Assembly: GCA_964016885.1 (NCBI GenBank) | Contig: OZ024740.1 | Coordinates: 435,302,001-435,366,000, forward strand | Reading direction: 5' to 3' | DNA from: Eledone cirrhosa | Lineage: Eukaryota | Length of the DNA stretch: 64,000 bases | Shown here: one piece after another, positions 14,001 through 26,329 of the stretch | How the letters are laid out: each line of letters opens with the position of its first letter | Numbering within the stretch: position 1 is the first letter of the stretch | The notes under the pieces: generated by a model | Told to the model about the DNA's origin: nothing | What the model saw: the letters and a program-made list of their open reading frames with translations, nothing else | Databases searched by the model: none | Program-made: the position numbers and the translations under genes

Positions 14001-17000
14001 TAGAGGGGAGGGTGCTGCACCATCCCAGCAATACACCGCTGCTGACACCCTCACCCTTGTAGAGGGGAGGGTGCTGCACCATCCCAGCAATACACCGCTG
14101 CTGACACCCTCACCCTTGTAGAGGGGAGGGTGCTGCACCATCCCAGCAATACACCACTGCTGACACCCTCACCCTTGTAGAGGGGAGGGTGCTGCACCAT
14201 CCCAGCAATACACCACTGCTGACACCCTCACCCTTGTAGAGGGGAGGGTGCTGCACCATCCCAGCAATACACCACTGCTGACACCCTCACCCTTGTAGAG
14301 GGGAGGGTGCTGCACCATCCCAGCAATACACCACTGCTGACACCCTCACCCTTGTAGAGGGGAGGGTGCTGCACCATCCCAGCAATACACCACTGCTGAC
14401 ACCCTCACCCTTGTAGAGGGGAGGGTGCTGCACCATCCCAGCAATACACCGCTGCTGACACCCTCACCCTTGTAGAGGGGAGGGTGCTGCACCATCCCAG
14501 CAATACACCGCTGCTGACACCCTTGTAGAGGGGAGGGTGCACCATCCCAGCAATACACCGCTGCTGACACCCTCACCCTTGTAGAGGGGAGGGTGCTGCA
14601 CCATCCCAGCAATACACCGCTGCTGACACCCTTGTAGAGGGGAGGGTGCTGCACCATCCCAGCAATACACCGCTGCTGACACCCTTGTAGAGGGGAGGGT
14701 GCTGCACCATCCCAGCAATACACCACTGCTGACACCCTCACCCTTGTAGAGGGGAGGGTGCTGCACCATCCCAGCAATACACCACTGCTGACACCCTCAC
14801 CCTTGTAGAGGGGAGGGTGCTGCACCATCCCAGCAATACACCGCTGCTGACACCCTCACCCTTGTAGAGGGGAGGGTGCTGCACCATCCCAGCAATACAC
14901 CGCTGCTGACACCCTTGTAGAGGGGAGGGTGCACCATCCCAGCAATACACCGCTGCTGACACCCTCACCCTTGTAGAGGGGAGGGTGCTGCACCATCCCA
15001 GCAATACACCGCTGCTGACACCCTTGTAGAGGGGAGGGTGCACCATCCCAGCAATACACCGCTGCTGACACCCTCACCCTTGTAGAGGGGAGGGTGCTGC
15101 ACCATCCCAGCAATACACCGCTGCTGACACCCTTGTAGAGGGGAGGGTGCACCATCCCAGCAATACACCGCTGCTGACACCCTCACCCTTGTAGAGGGGA
15201 GGGTGCATCATCCCCAGCAATACACCGCTGCTGACACCCTCACCCTTGTAGAGGGGAGGGTGCACCATCCCAGCAATACACCGCTGCTGACACCCTTGTA
15301 GAGGGGAGGGTGCACCATCCCAGCAATACACCACTGCTGACACCCTTGTAGAGGGGAGGGTGCACCATCCCAGCAATACACCGCTGCTGACACCCTCACC
15401 CTTGTAGAGGGGAGGGTGCTGCACCATCCCCAGCAATACACCGCTGCTGACACCCTCACCCTTGTAGAGGGGAGGGTGCTGCACCATCCCAGCAATACAC
15501 CACTGCTGACACCCTCACCCTTGTAGAGGGGAGGGTGCTGCACCATCCCAGCAATACACCACTGCTGACACCCTCACCCTTGTAGAGGGGAGGGTGCTGC
15601 ACCATCCCAGCAATACACCACTGCTGACACCCTCACCCTTGTAGAGGGAGGGTGCTGCACCATCCCAGCAATACACCGCTGCTGACACCCTCACCCTTGT
15701 AGAGGGGAGGGTGCTGCACCATCCCCAGCAATACACCACTGCTGACACCCTCACCCTTGTAGAGGGAGGGTGCTGCACCATCCCAGCAATACACCGCTGC
15801 TGACACCCTCACCCTTGTAGAGGGGAGGGTGCTGCACCATCCCAGCAATACACCACTGCTGACACCCTCACCCTTGTAGAGGGGAGGGTGCTGCACCATC
15901 CCAGCAATACACCACTGCTGACACCCTCACCCTTGTAGAGGGGAGGGTGCTGCACCATCCCAGCAATACACCGCTGCTGACACCCTCACCCTTGTAGAGG
16001 GGAGGGTGCTGCACCATCCCAGCAATACACCGCTGCTGACACCCTCACCCTTGTAGAGGGGAGGGTGCTGCACCATCCCAGCAATACACCACTGCTGACA
16101 CCCTCACCCTTGTAGAGGGGAGGGTGCTGCACCATCCCAGCAATACACCACTGCTGACACCCTCACCCTTGTAGAGGGGAGGGTGCTGCACCATCCCAGC
16201 AATACACCACTGCTGACACCCTCACCCTTGTAGAGGGGAGGGTGCTGCACCATCCCAGCAATACACCGCTGCTGACACCCTCACCCTTGTAGAGGGGAGG
16301 GTGCTGCACCATCCCAGCAATACACCACTGCTGACACCCTCACCCTTGTAGAGGGAGGGTGCTGCACCATCCCAGCAATACACCGCTGCTGACACCCTCA
16401 CCCTTGTAGAGGGGAGGGTGCTGCACCATCCCCAGCAATACACCGCTGCTGACACCCTCACCCTTGTAGAGGGGAGGGTGCTGCACCATCCCAGCAATAC
16501 ACCACTGCTGACACCCTCACCCTTGTAGAGGGGAGGGTGCTGCACCATCCCAGCAATACACCACTGCTGACACCCTCACCCTTGTAGAGGGGAGGGTGCT
16601 GCACCATCCCAGCAATACACCGCTGCTGACACCCTCACCCTTGTAGAGGGGAGGGTGCTGCACCATCCCAGCAATACACCGCTGCTGACACCCTCACCCT
16701 TGTAGAGGGGAGGGTGCTGCACCATCCCAGCAATACACCACTGCTGACACCCTCACCCTTGTAGAGGGGAGGGTGCTGCACCATCCCAGCAATACACCGC
16801 TGCTGACACCCTCACCCTTGTAGAGGGGAGGGTGCTGCACCATCCCAGCAATACACCACTGCTGACACCCTCACCCTTGTAGAGGGGAGGGTGCTGCACC
16901 ATCCCAGCAATACACCGCTGCTGACACCCTCACCCTTGTAGAGGGGAGGGTGCTGCACCATCCCAGCAATACACCACTGCTGACACCCTCACCCTTGTAG

Positions 17001-19411
17001 AGGGAGGGTGCTGCACCATCCCAGCAATACACCGCTGCTGACACCCTCACCCTTGTAGAGGGGAGGGTGCTGCACCATCCCCAGCAATACACCGCTGCTG
17101 ACACCCTCACCCTTGTAGAGGGAGGGTGCTGCACCATCCCAGCAATACACCGCTGCTGACACCCTCACCCTTGTAGAGGGGAGGGTGCTGCACCATCCCC
17201 AGCAATACACCACTGCTGACACCCTCACCCTTGTAGAGGGGAGGGTGCTGCACCATCCCCAGCAATACACCACTGCTGACACCCTCACCCTTGTAGAGGG
17301 GAGGGTGCTGCACCATCCCAGCAATACACCGCTGCTGACACCCTCACCCTTGTAGAGGGGAGGGTGCTGCACCATCCCAGCAATACACCGCTGCTGACAC
17401 CCTCACCCTTGTAGAGGGGAGGGTGCTGCACCATCCCAGCAATACACCACTGCTGACACCCTCACCCTTGTAGAGGGAGGGTGCTGCACCATCCCAGCAA
17501 TACACCGCTGCTGACACCCTCACCCTTGTAGAGGGGAGGGTGCTGCACCATCCCAGCAATACACCACTGCTGACACCCTCACCCTTGTAGAGGGAGGGTG
17601 CTGCACCATCCCAGCAATACACCGCTGCTGACACCCTCACCCTTGTAGAGGGGAGGGTGCTGCACCATCCCCAGCAATACACCGCTGCTGACACCCTCAC
17701 CCTTGTAGAGGGGAGGGTGCTGCACCATCCCAGCAATACACCACTGCTGACACCCTCACCCTTGTAGAGGGAGGGTGCTGCACCATCCCAGCAATACACC
17801 GCTGCTGACACCCTCACCCTTGTAGAGGGGAGGGTGCTGCACCATCCCAGCAATACACCACTGCTGACACCCTCACCCTTGTAGAGGGAGGGTGCTGCAC
17901 CATCCCAGCAATACACCGCTGCTGACACCCTCACCCTTGTAGAGGGGAGGGTGCTGCACCATCCCAGCAATACACCACTGCTGACACCCTCACCCTTGTA
18001 GAGGGAGGGTGCTGCACCATCCCAGCAATACACCGCTGCTGACACCCTCACCCTTGTAGAGGGGAGGGTGCTGCACCATCCCCAGCAATACACCGCTGCT
18101 GACACCCTCACCCTTGTAGAGGGGAGGGTGCTGCACCATCCCAGCAATACACCACTGCTGACACCCTCACCCTTGTAGAGGGAGGGTGCTGCACCATCCC
18201 AGCAATACACCGCTGCTGACACCCTCACCCTTGTAGAGGGGAGGGTGCTGCACCATCCCAGCAATACACCACTGCTGACACCCTCACCCTTGTAGAGGGA
18301 GGGTGCTGCACCATCCCAGCAATACACCGCTGCTGACACCCTCACCCTTGTAGAGGGGAGGGTGCTGCACCATCCCAGCAATACACCACTGCTGACACCC
18401 TCACCCTTGTAGAGGGGAGGGTGCTGCACCATCCCAGCAATACACCACTGCTGACACCCTCACCCTTGTAGAGGGGAGGGTGCTGCACCATCCCCAGCAA
18501 TACACCACTGCTGACACCCTCACCCTTGTAGAGGGGAGGGTGCTGCACCATCCCCAGCAATACACCGCTGCTGACACCCTCACCCTTGTAGAGGGGAGGG
18601 TGCTGCACCATCCCAGCAATACACCGCTGCTGACACCCTCACCCTTGTAGAGGGGAGGGTGCTGCACCATCCCAGCAATACACCACTGCTGACACCCTCA
18701 CCCTTGTAGAGGGAGGGTGCAGCTGCATCCCCAGCAATACACCGCTGCTGACACCCTCACCCTTGTAGAGGGGAGGGTGCTGCACCATCCCAGCAATACA
18801 CCACTGCTGACACCCTCACCCTTGTAGAGGGGAGGGTGCTGCACCATCCCAGCAATACACCACTGCTGACACACTCACCCTTGTAGAGGGGAGGGTGCTG
18901 CACCATCCCAGCAATACACCACTGCTGACACCCTCACCCTTGTAGAGGGGAGGGTGCTGCACCATCCCAGCAATACACCACTGCTGACACACTCACCCTT
19001 GTAGAGGGGAGGGTGCTGCACCATCCCCAGCAATACACCGCTGCTGACACCCTCACCCTTGTAGAGGGGAGGGTGCTGCACCATCCCAGCAATACACCAC
19101 TGCTGACACACTCACCCTTGTAGAGGGGAGGGTGCTGCACCATCCCAGCAATACACCGCTGCTGACACCCTCACCCTTGTAGAGGGGAGGGTGCTGCACC
19201 ATCCCAGCAATACACCACTGCTGACACCCTCACCCTTGTAGAGGGAGGGTGCAGCTGCATCCCCAGCAATACACCGCTGCTGACACCCTCACCCTTGTAG
19301 AGGGGAGGGTGCTGCACCATCCCAGCAATACACCGCTGCTGACACCCTCACCCTTGTAGAGGGGAGGGTGCTGCACCATCCCCAGCAATACACCGCTGCT
19401 GACACCCTCAC
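11082..19411. repeat. GC-rich 59-bp minisatellite, ~140 copies, with variant units
   Basis: Unit CAGCAATACACC(G/A)CTGCTGACACCCTCACCCTTGTAGAGGGGAGGGTGCTGCACCATCC; variants lack TCACCC or GCT or differ by +/-1 C/G. Confidence 0.97.
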
Positions 19412-20131
19412 TCAGACTATTCTTCACATCCATTGAAAGACCGTTATTGGTAACATAGAACTTCTTTGTTTCTGGTTTGAAATGGATGCAATTCCTAGCT
19501 CAGGGGGTTCAATATCAACACTGTACCATCACCCCTGTTGTTTTAACCTCCACTTCCCTGCTAGCAAAGGTTGGACAGGGTCTACATAGGCCAAGTCAGT
19601 AATGAAATTGGTGCTACTGATCTCCCAGACAGGCCAGGGATCAACATCTCACTTATGTACAGTTTCACATTCTATTGAGTGTACAGGAGAGGTTGTCATG
19701 TCGTTGGCACAACTGAGAGTCCTCCCAACCTTTTAGCAAGTTTTCTACAGCTGGATGCCCTTCCTAACACCAACCACTTTACAGGGTGTACTGGGTGTGT
19801 TTATCATGTAGATCACCAACACTAGAGAGGTTGTCACAGCTAAAGGGTCCTCCCAGTTCTTTGTTTGGGAAGCTTTCTAAAGCTGGATGCCCTTCCTATC
19901 ACCAACCCATTTACAGTATGTAGTGGTTGGGGCAATATTTTCAACTTTCACATCAATAATATGACCTCAAATGGACATTGGAGCCACCATAGGCTGTTAA
20001 CCTGCTGGAAATAGCAACCTTACATAAGGTAAAAACAGGAAAATACTGTCTTGGATATACAAAAACACAGGGATGGAACACTGCTCAATAATAACCTGGA
20101 GCTAACAACTTCAGAAACATTAAGTCAATTA

Positions 20132-20420
20132 TAACCAAGTACATAACTGGTACTAGGTTGGAAGGTTGCAAACAATCATATCAACCTCAGTACATAACTG
20201 GTACTAGGTTGGGAGGTTACAAACAATCATAACCCCAGTACATAACTGGTACTGGGTTGGGAGGTTACAGACAATCATATCAACCCCAGTACATAACTGG
20301 TTCTAGATTGGGAGGTTACAGAGTCATATCAACCTCAGTACATAACTGGTACTAGGTTTATTTACTGCCCCTGGAAGGATGAAAGGTAAAGTTGACCTTG
20401 ATTGGATTTGAACTGAGTGT
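20132..20420 (-). repeat. ~55-bp tandem repeat (about 4.5 copies) amplified within a Nin-SINE remnant
   Basis: CAGTACATAACTGGTACTAGGTTGGGAGGTTAC units lead into GGAAGGATGAAAGGTAAAGTTGACC. Confidence 0.7.
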
Positions 20421-20467
20421 AAATGTATCTGCCAGGTATTTTGTCTGACAATTCTGCCAAACCCATG

Positions 20468-20892
20468 ATGATAATGGTTTCAAATTTAGGCACAGGGCCA
20501 GCAATTTGGGGGAAGGAGAAGTCAATTAAATCGGAACAGTGCGTTACTGGTACTTTATTTTATCGACCCCGTAAGGATGTAAGGCAAAGTTAACCTGTGA
20601 GGGATTTGTTCTCAGAATGTAAAGGGCCATAACTATGCCGCGCAACATGTTGCCTGATGCTCTACCGATACTGCCAACCCACCGCCCTAATAATAATAAT
20701 AATTGTTTCTACTTTTGGCACAAGGCCAGCAATTATCCCAGTGCATTACTGGTACTTTATTTTATCGACTCTGTAAGAATGAAAGTCAAAGTTAACCTCG
20801 GCGGGATTTTAACTCAGATCGTAAAGGGCCGTAACTCCATGCTGCAAAGCATGGCGTCCAACCCTCTACCGATACTGCCAATCCACCGCCCT
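20468..20892 (-). mobile_element. Tandem dimer of Nin-domain tRNA-SINEs
   Basis: Two head-to-tail monomers, each with a B-box-like motif, Nin core and GCTGGCCTTGTGCC..AGAAAC-like 3' end with (ATT)n-like tail. Confidence 0.8.
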
Positions 20893-20929
20893 TATAATAA
20901 AAGCAAGAAATAGATTTGATTAAACAAAA

Positions 20930-20935
20930 TTTATT
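20930..20935 (-). promoter_or_regulatory. Candidate polyadenylation signal (AATAAA) of Pin1
   Basis: AATAAA ~365 nt downstream of the stop codon followed by T-rich sequence; further AATAAA at 21011-21022. Confidence 0.5.
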
Positions 20936-21297
20936 TGACAGTCATAGGAAACAAAAATCTACCTGTAAACAGGGTTTATCCTTTGAGCAAAAGCAAAGGA
21001 AATAGCATTTTTTATTTTTATTCAGCAAAAGCAGAATATTTCTTCTATTAAAATGGAATGACTGGTGGACTCTCAAGATTAGAAGAAAAAAAAGACTTTA
21101 TTTCAACCTAAAACTGAAGAAATGAGTTGGGGGTGACAGGAGTGGTAAGAAGGGGTCATTATCATGTGAAAAAAGTATCAGAAAAGGAACAAATTTAAAA
21201 GGAATTAGTCTTCTTACTCTGAATCATGATCATGGCCTTCACATCTTTGCTTCCTAAATTAAAAAATGCAATCTTTTAATGTTCATAAAAATACTGT

Positions 21298-21518
21298 TTA
21301 AGCTGTTCTCAAGATGATATGGACACCAGAGTCAGTTGATACAATGTCACTCAGTTCTCCTACTTTCAAATTAAAAGCAGCGTCTTCAAATGGTTTCTGC
21401 ATTTGCCCTCGACCAAACACACCCAAGTCACCTTTGTTCCTAGCAGAACTACAGTCACTGTATTGAGATGCTAGCTCTGCAAAACCAGCCTCACCGGATT
21501 CGATTTGTTCCCAATATC
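21298..21518 (-). CDS. PIN1: Pin1 peptidyl-prolyl cis-trans isomerase, last coding exon
   Basis: (G)[72 protein letters not shown]; AG acceptor at 21519-21520; phase matches the upstream exon. Confidence 0.95.
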
Positions 21519-21604
21519 CTTCAGAAAAGACAGAGAAAAGAAAATATATAGGTCAGATAAATATACAAAATAAATTGGTACAAATCCAAAAATGATGTAT
21601 CATT

Positions 21605-21890
21605 ATCATCACCACTGTTTAATGTTCATTTGTCCAGACTAGCATGGGTTAAATGATTTGTCCCATAATAAGACAGATCAGGTGACCGTATCTTTCTCAT
21701 ACAGAACTGTTTCTGGCTCAATTTCTATGGCTGGGTGCCCTTCCTAGTACCAACCACTTTACAGTGTGGACTAGGTGCTCTTTATCGTGGCACCAACACA
21801 ACTTTACAGTGTAGACTGGGAACATTTTGTTGTGACACTAACTACAGTGTTGACTGGGTGCTTTTTGTCATGTCACTAACATGACGACAA
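21605..21890 (-). mobile_element. SINE-like repeat sharing its 3' end with the RTE LINE 3' UTR
   Basis: GCTGGGTGCCCTTCCTAGTACCAACCACTTTACAG and TTTAATGTTC..GCATGGGTT match RTE 3' UTR 36895-37045; similar pieces at ~10470, ~19745, ~19880. Confidence 0.6.
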
Positions 21891-22044
21891 CAGCAATGAT
21901 TCATTGTCCCTTACAGTCATATTCTCATACCAACATAGTTACAACACCTGATGTCTTTAATATCTAGCTACTTCTTCAGTTCAGCCTTTGTTTCCATTGG
22001 TCCTACCATTGCTGATACTTTCTACCAGTTGCAACTCATGGCAG

Positions 22045-22160
22045 AAGGAGTAACGTGAAATAAAGTGTCTTGCTCAAGGACATAACGCATCATCCAGCCC
22101 AGGAATTGAACTCACAACTTCACAATTGTGAATCCAATTCTCTAACCATTATGCCATGCT
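22045..22160 (-). mobile_element. tRNA-SINE head fragment (CORE-like)
   Basis: Reverse complement has A-box-like TGGCATAATGG, B-box GTTCAATTCC and GTCCTTGAGCAAGACACTT. Confidence 0.65.
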
Positions 22161-22334
22161 AACCACTATAACCACTTGATTATAGATCCACTGAAATAAG
22201 TCTGACTTTGGGCTAAACCTTATTTCATTAACACAGGTAAACAGGTGAGACAACAGGTAACTTAGCAGTAAGTATAAACCACAACACCTTATTTCATTAA
22301 CACAGGTAAAGAGGTGAGACAACAGGTAACTTAC

Positions 22335-22526
22335 CAGTAAGTATAGATATTGCTTCTTCTTTACTTCGTGTAATAGTTGACTCTCTCCATGAAGATGGTC
22401 GGCGTGAATCTCTGTGTTTAACTAACAGGTGTGAACACTGTACAGTATCTTTAGCTTCTTCAGCGGGTTCAGTGGGGCGGTCCCATTGACTTTGTTTAGT
22501 ATGAAGATTCAGGTAATACTCTTTAC
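22335..22526 (-). CDS. PIN1: Pin1 internal coding exon (C-terminal half of WW domain plus start of PPIase domain)
   Basis: (G)[63 protein letters not shown](G); CAG acceptor and GTAAGT donor; 192 nt, phase 1-1. Confidence 0.95.
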
Positions 22527-22878
22527 CTGCAATTAGAATTAATCAGCTCAAATATCTCCCTGGATAACAAACAATTCTAGATATTATAATTAGAGGTGTA
22601 TATGAAAATATATAAAACATATAATTGTTGAGAAAATTAGGAAAAGTACACCTGTAGCCAGAACAGAGATACCTGTGAGGAATCAAACCCTACATCTCTT
22701 GGGTGCTGAATAAGTGAATTAACCATTACACGGAAGTGTCCCTTTTTTTTTTTTTTTTTTTTTTTTAGAAGATTTTCATCTTGTGGCTGGAAGCAATGAA
22801 AACATTTGAAATCATCACCATCCTCATTTAACATCTATCTTTCACACTAGCATGGGTTAGACAATACATTTTAAATTG

Positions 22879-24670
22879 CAGGGGACACTTTAGTGTAGCA
22901 GTTAACACAGACAGGGGACACTTTAGTGTAGCAGTTAACACAGACAGGGGACACTTTAGTGTAGCAGTTAACACAGACAGGGGACACTTTAGTGTAGCAG
23001 TTAACACAGACAGGGGACACTTTAGTGTAGCAGTTAACACAGACAGGGGACACTTTAGTGTAGCAGTTAACACAGACAAGGGACACTTTAGTGTAGCAGT
23101 TAACACAGACAAGGGACACTTTAGTGTAGCAGTTAACACAGACAAGGGACACTTTAGTGTAGCAGTTAACACAGACAAGGGACACTTTAGTGTAGCAGTT
23201 AACACAGACAAGGGACACTTTAGTGTAGCAGTTAACAGACAGGGGACACTTTAGTGTAGTAGTTAACACAGACAGGGGACACTTTAGTGTAGCAGTTAAC
23301 ACAGACAGGGGACACTTTAGTGTAGCAGTTAACAGACAGGGGACACTTTAGTGTAGCAGTTAACACAGACAGGGGACACTTTAGTGTAGTAGTTAACACA
23401 GACAGGGGACACTTTAGTGTAGCAGTTAACAGACAGGGGACACTTTAGTGTAGCAGTTAACACAGACAGGGGACAGTATAGTGTAGCAGTTAACACAGAC
23501 AGGGGACAGTATAGTGTAGCAGTTAACACAGACAGGGGACACTTTAGTGTAGTAGTTAACACAGACAGGGGACACTTTAGTGTAGTAGTTAACACAGACA
23601 GGGGACACTTTAGTGTAGTAGTTAACACAGACAGGGGACACTTTAGTGTAGTAGTTAACACAGACAGGGGACACTTTAGTGTAGTAGTTAACATAGACAG
23701 GGGACACTTTAGTGTAGTAGTTAACAGACAAGGGACACTTTAGTGTAGCAGTTAACACAGACAGGGGACACTTTAGTGTAGCAGTTAACACAGACAGGGG
23801 ACACTTTAGTGTAGCAGTTAACACAGACAGGGGACACTATAGTGTAGCAGTGAACACAGACAGGGGACACTATAGTGTAGCAGTGAACACAGACAAGGGA
23901 CACTTTAGTGTAGCAGTTAACACAGACAGGGGACACTATAGTGTAGCAGTGAACACAGACAAGGGACACTTTAGTGTAGCAGTGAACACAGACAGGGGAC
24001 ACTTTAGTGTAGCAGTTAACAGACAGGGGACACTTTAGTGTAGCAGTTAACAGACAGGGGACACTTTAGTGTAGCAGTTAACACAGACAGGGGACACTTT
24101 AGTGTAGCAGTTAACACAGACAGGGGACACTTTAGTGTAGCAGTTAACAGACAGGGGACACTTTAGTGTAGCAGTTAACACAGACAGGGGACACTTTAGT
24201 GTAGCAGTTAACACAGACAGGGGACACTATAGTGTAGCAGTTAACACAGACAGGGGACACTATAGTGTAGCAGTTAACAGACAGGGGACACTATAGTGTA
24301 GCAGTTAACACAGACAGGGGACACTTTAGTGTAGCAGTTAACACAGACAGGGGACAGTATAGTGTAGCAGTTAACACAGACAAGGGACAGTATAGTGTAG
24401 CAGTTAACAGACAGGGGACACTTTAGTGTAGCAGTTAACAGAGACAGGGGACACTTTAGTGTAGCAGTTAACAGAGACAGGGGACACTTTAGTGTAGCAG
24501 TTAACACAGACAAGGGACACTTTAGTGTAGCAGTTAACACAGACAGGGGACACTTTAGTGTAGCAGTTAACACAGACAGGGACACTTTAGTGTAGCAGTT
24601 AACAGACAGGGGACACTTTAGTGTAGCAGTTAACACAGACAGGGGACACTTTAGTGTAGCAGTTAACACA
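22879..24670. repeat. 33-bp minisatellite, ~54 copies
   Basis: Unit ACAGACAGGGGACACTTTAGTGTAGCAGTTAAC with 31-bp variants. Confidence 0.95.
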
Positions 24671-24940
24671 CAAGACAGGGTTTCATTCCTTAGACATCTC
24701 TATATCCCTTTTTTCTCTATTATTTATAGTGATCAATTATTATTGTAGTTATTTGCATTTAACCTACAATTCCAATGTTTCCTGATGCTTTAGCAACCAG
24801 TTATATCACTAAGGAACTGATGTGATGATCCATCAATTGTAAAGTCAGACCAGATCAATACTGTTTGTTTCTTCAGCTGATCACAAAACATCAAACATGA
24901 AGAAACATGTTATACTGATACCCTCTTCCAACTGGTTATT

Positions 24941-25355
24941 ATTGGCAATATCGCTAGAGGATCGGACGCCATGCTTTCTAGCATAGAGTTACGGCCCTTT
25001 ATGATCTGAGTTCAAATCCCGCCGAGGTTAACTTTGCCTTTCATCCTTACGGGGTCGATAAAATAAAGTACCAGTAATGTACTGGGATAATTGCTGGCCT
25101 TGTGCCAAATGTAGAAACAATTATTACTATTACAAGGGTGGTAGATCGGCTGTAATTGATAGAGCATCAGACATGCAGCATAGAGTTCCGTCCCTTTATG
25201 TTCTGAGTTCAAATTCCAACAAGGTTAACTTTGCCTTTCATCCTCACGGGGTCAATAAAATAAAGTACCAGTAACGCACTGGGATTTCGATTTAGTTGTC
25301 TTTCCACTCCTCTTCAAATTGCTGGCCTTGTGCCAAAAGTAGAAACAAATATTAC
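24941..25355 (+). mobile_element. Tandem dimer of Nin-domain tRNA-SINEs
   Basis: GAGTTCAAATCC B-box and GCCTTTCATCCTTACGGGGTCGATAAAATAAAGTACCAG core, present twice. Confidence 0.8.
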
Positions 25356-25530
25356 TTTATTCCATTTAAAGGATGGGAATACTAAACTGCACCTATTTCT
25401 TGAAGTTAATCAGGAAGGAACTCACCCACTTCTGCAGACGATCTGTTGTCCTGCATAAATGGTTTTTAACAGATAAATTTAGTTCAGACTAAACCAGAAA
25501 TTAACAAAATATACAAATATATTTCTTTAA

Positions 25531-26005
25531 TCTATATATATAAAGTTGTAGTTCCTGTCTGTTCGTTTGTTTGTTTACGAACTCCTCCTATGGTTTTGGA
25601 GATAGACCCCCTTAACCATATATATTCTGAAACTACATTGCCCAGGGTACTAGGATAAGTATATTTCATTTTAATCAAAGAGTTCCCCTGCTGAAAATTT
25701 TTTCCCTTCGATTTATATGAAATTTAAACCATATGTAAATGACAAGATATGATGCCTATTCACAAAATTTCAGCAAATTTCAATATTAAGACACCCTAAC
25801 AGGGGTCAAACCCCCTATAGTGAAAATTTTGGAAGCCCATAACTTGAGTATTGGAACCTTTATTATCACTGGGTTTTTCTATTAATTAAACGTAAATCAA
25901 CAAAAAAAAGCACATCTTTTATAGTAAAATTTGGTTAATTTAAACATTTTAAAATTATTAGTTTTGTATGTGTGAAACGCAGCAAGGTGCGGGTAATTCG
26001 GCTAG
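25531..26005 (+). mobile_element. Non-autonomous Helitron
   Basis: A|TCTATATATATAAA 5' end, (GTTT/GTCT)n subterminal repeat, 3' hairpin CGCA-GCAAGG-TGCG then CTAG|T; inserted between A and T with no TSD. Confidence 0.8.
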
Positions 26006-26329
26006 TTTAATATAAAATTACTGTAGATACTTACGGTGACCCGAGCCAACTTTTCTCTAAATGGGACAAACGCGTCCAATGCATGCTAGCATGGAAGATA
26101 GATGTTAAATGATGAGGCAACCCCTATGCCTGAGAAATAGGCAAAAATCCAAACCCTGTATATAAGCCAAGGCGCTAATCAACACATTAGGCGCTAATCA
26201 ACACATTATGTGGAGAATATATTTATGTAATTTTAATATTTTGATATTTAAAATGTTTTAAGTGTTGTTTACAGTATAGTTTAACAACTCCATTACATAC
26301 AGATTTTTTACCAATTTCTGACTTTATCT

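Noticed and set aside
11082-19411. CRISPR-like array or repeat-protein exon
   Set aside because: No unique spacers and no cas genes; the 59-bp unit is not a multiple of 3 and frames are repeatedly closed
22670-22742. tRNA gene on the minus strand
   Set aside because: A- and B-box-like motifs but no convincing cloverleaf; more likely a decayed SINE head
25426-25450. Possible 25-nt micro-exon (CAG|GACAACAGATCGTCTGCAGAAGTGG|GTGAGT), phase-compatible with the Pin1 exon
   Set aside because: Encodes DNRSSAEV with no WW-domain signature and has a weak polypyrimidine tract; needs RNA evidence
26035-26090. Strong minus-strand donor (GTAAGT) as candidate Pin1 exon 1
   Set aside because: No LPxGW-like sequence in the frames examined; the upstream part is a repeat tail
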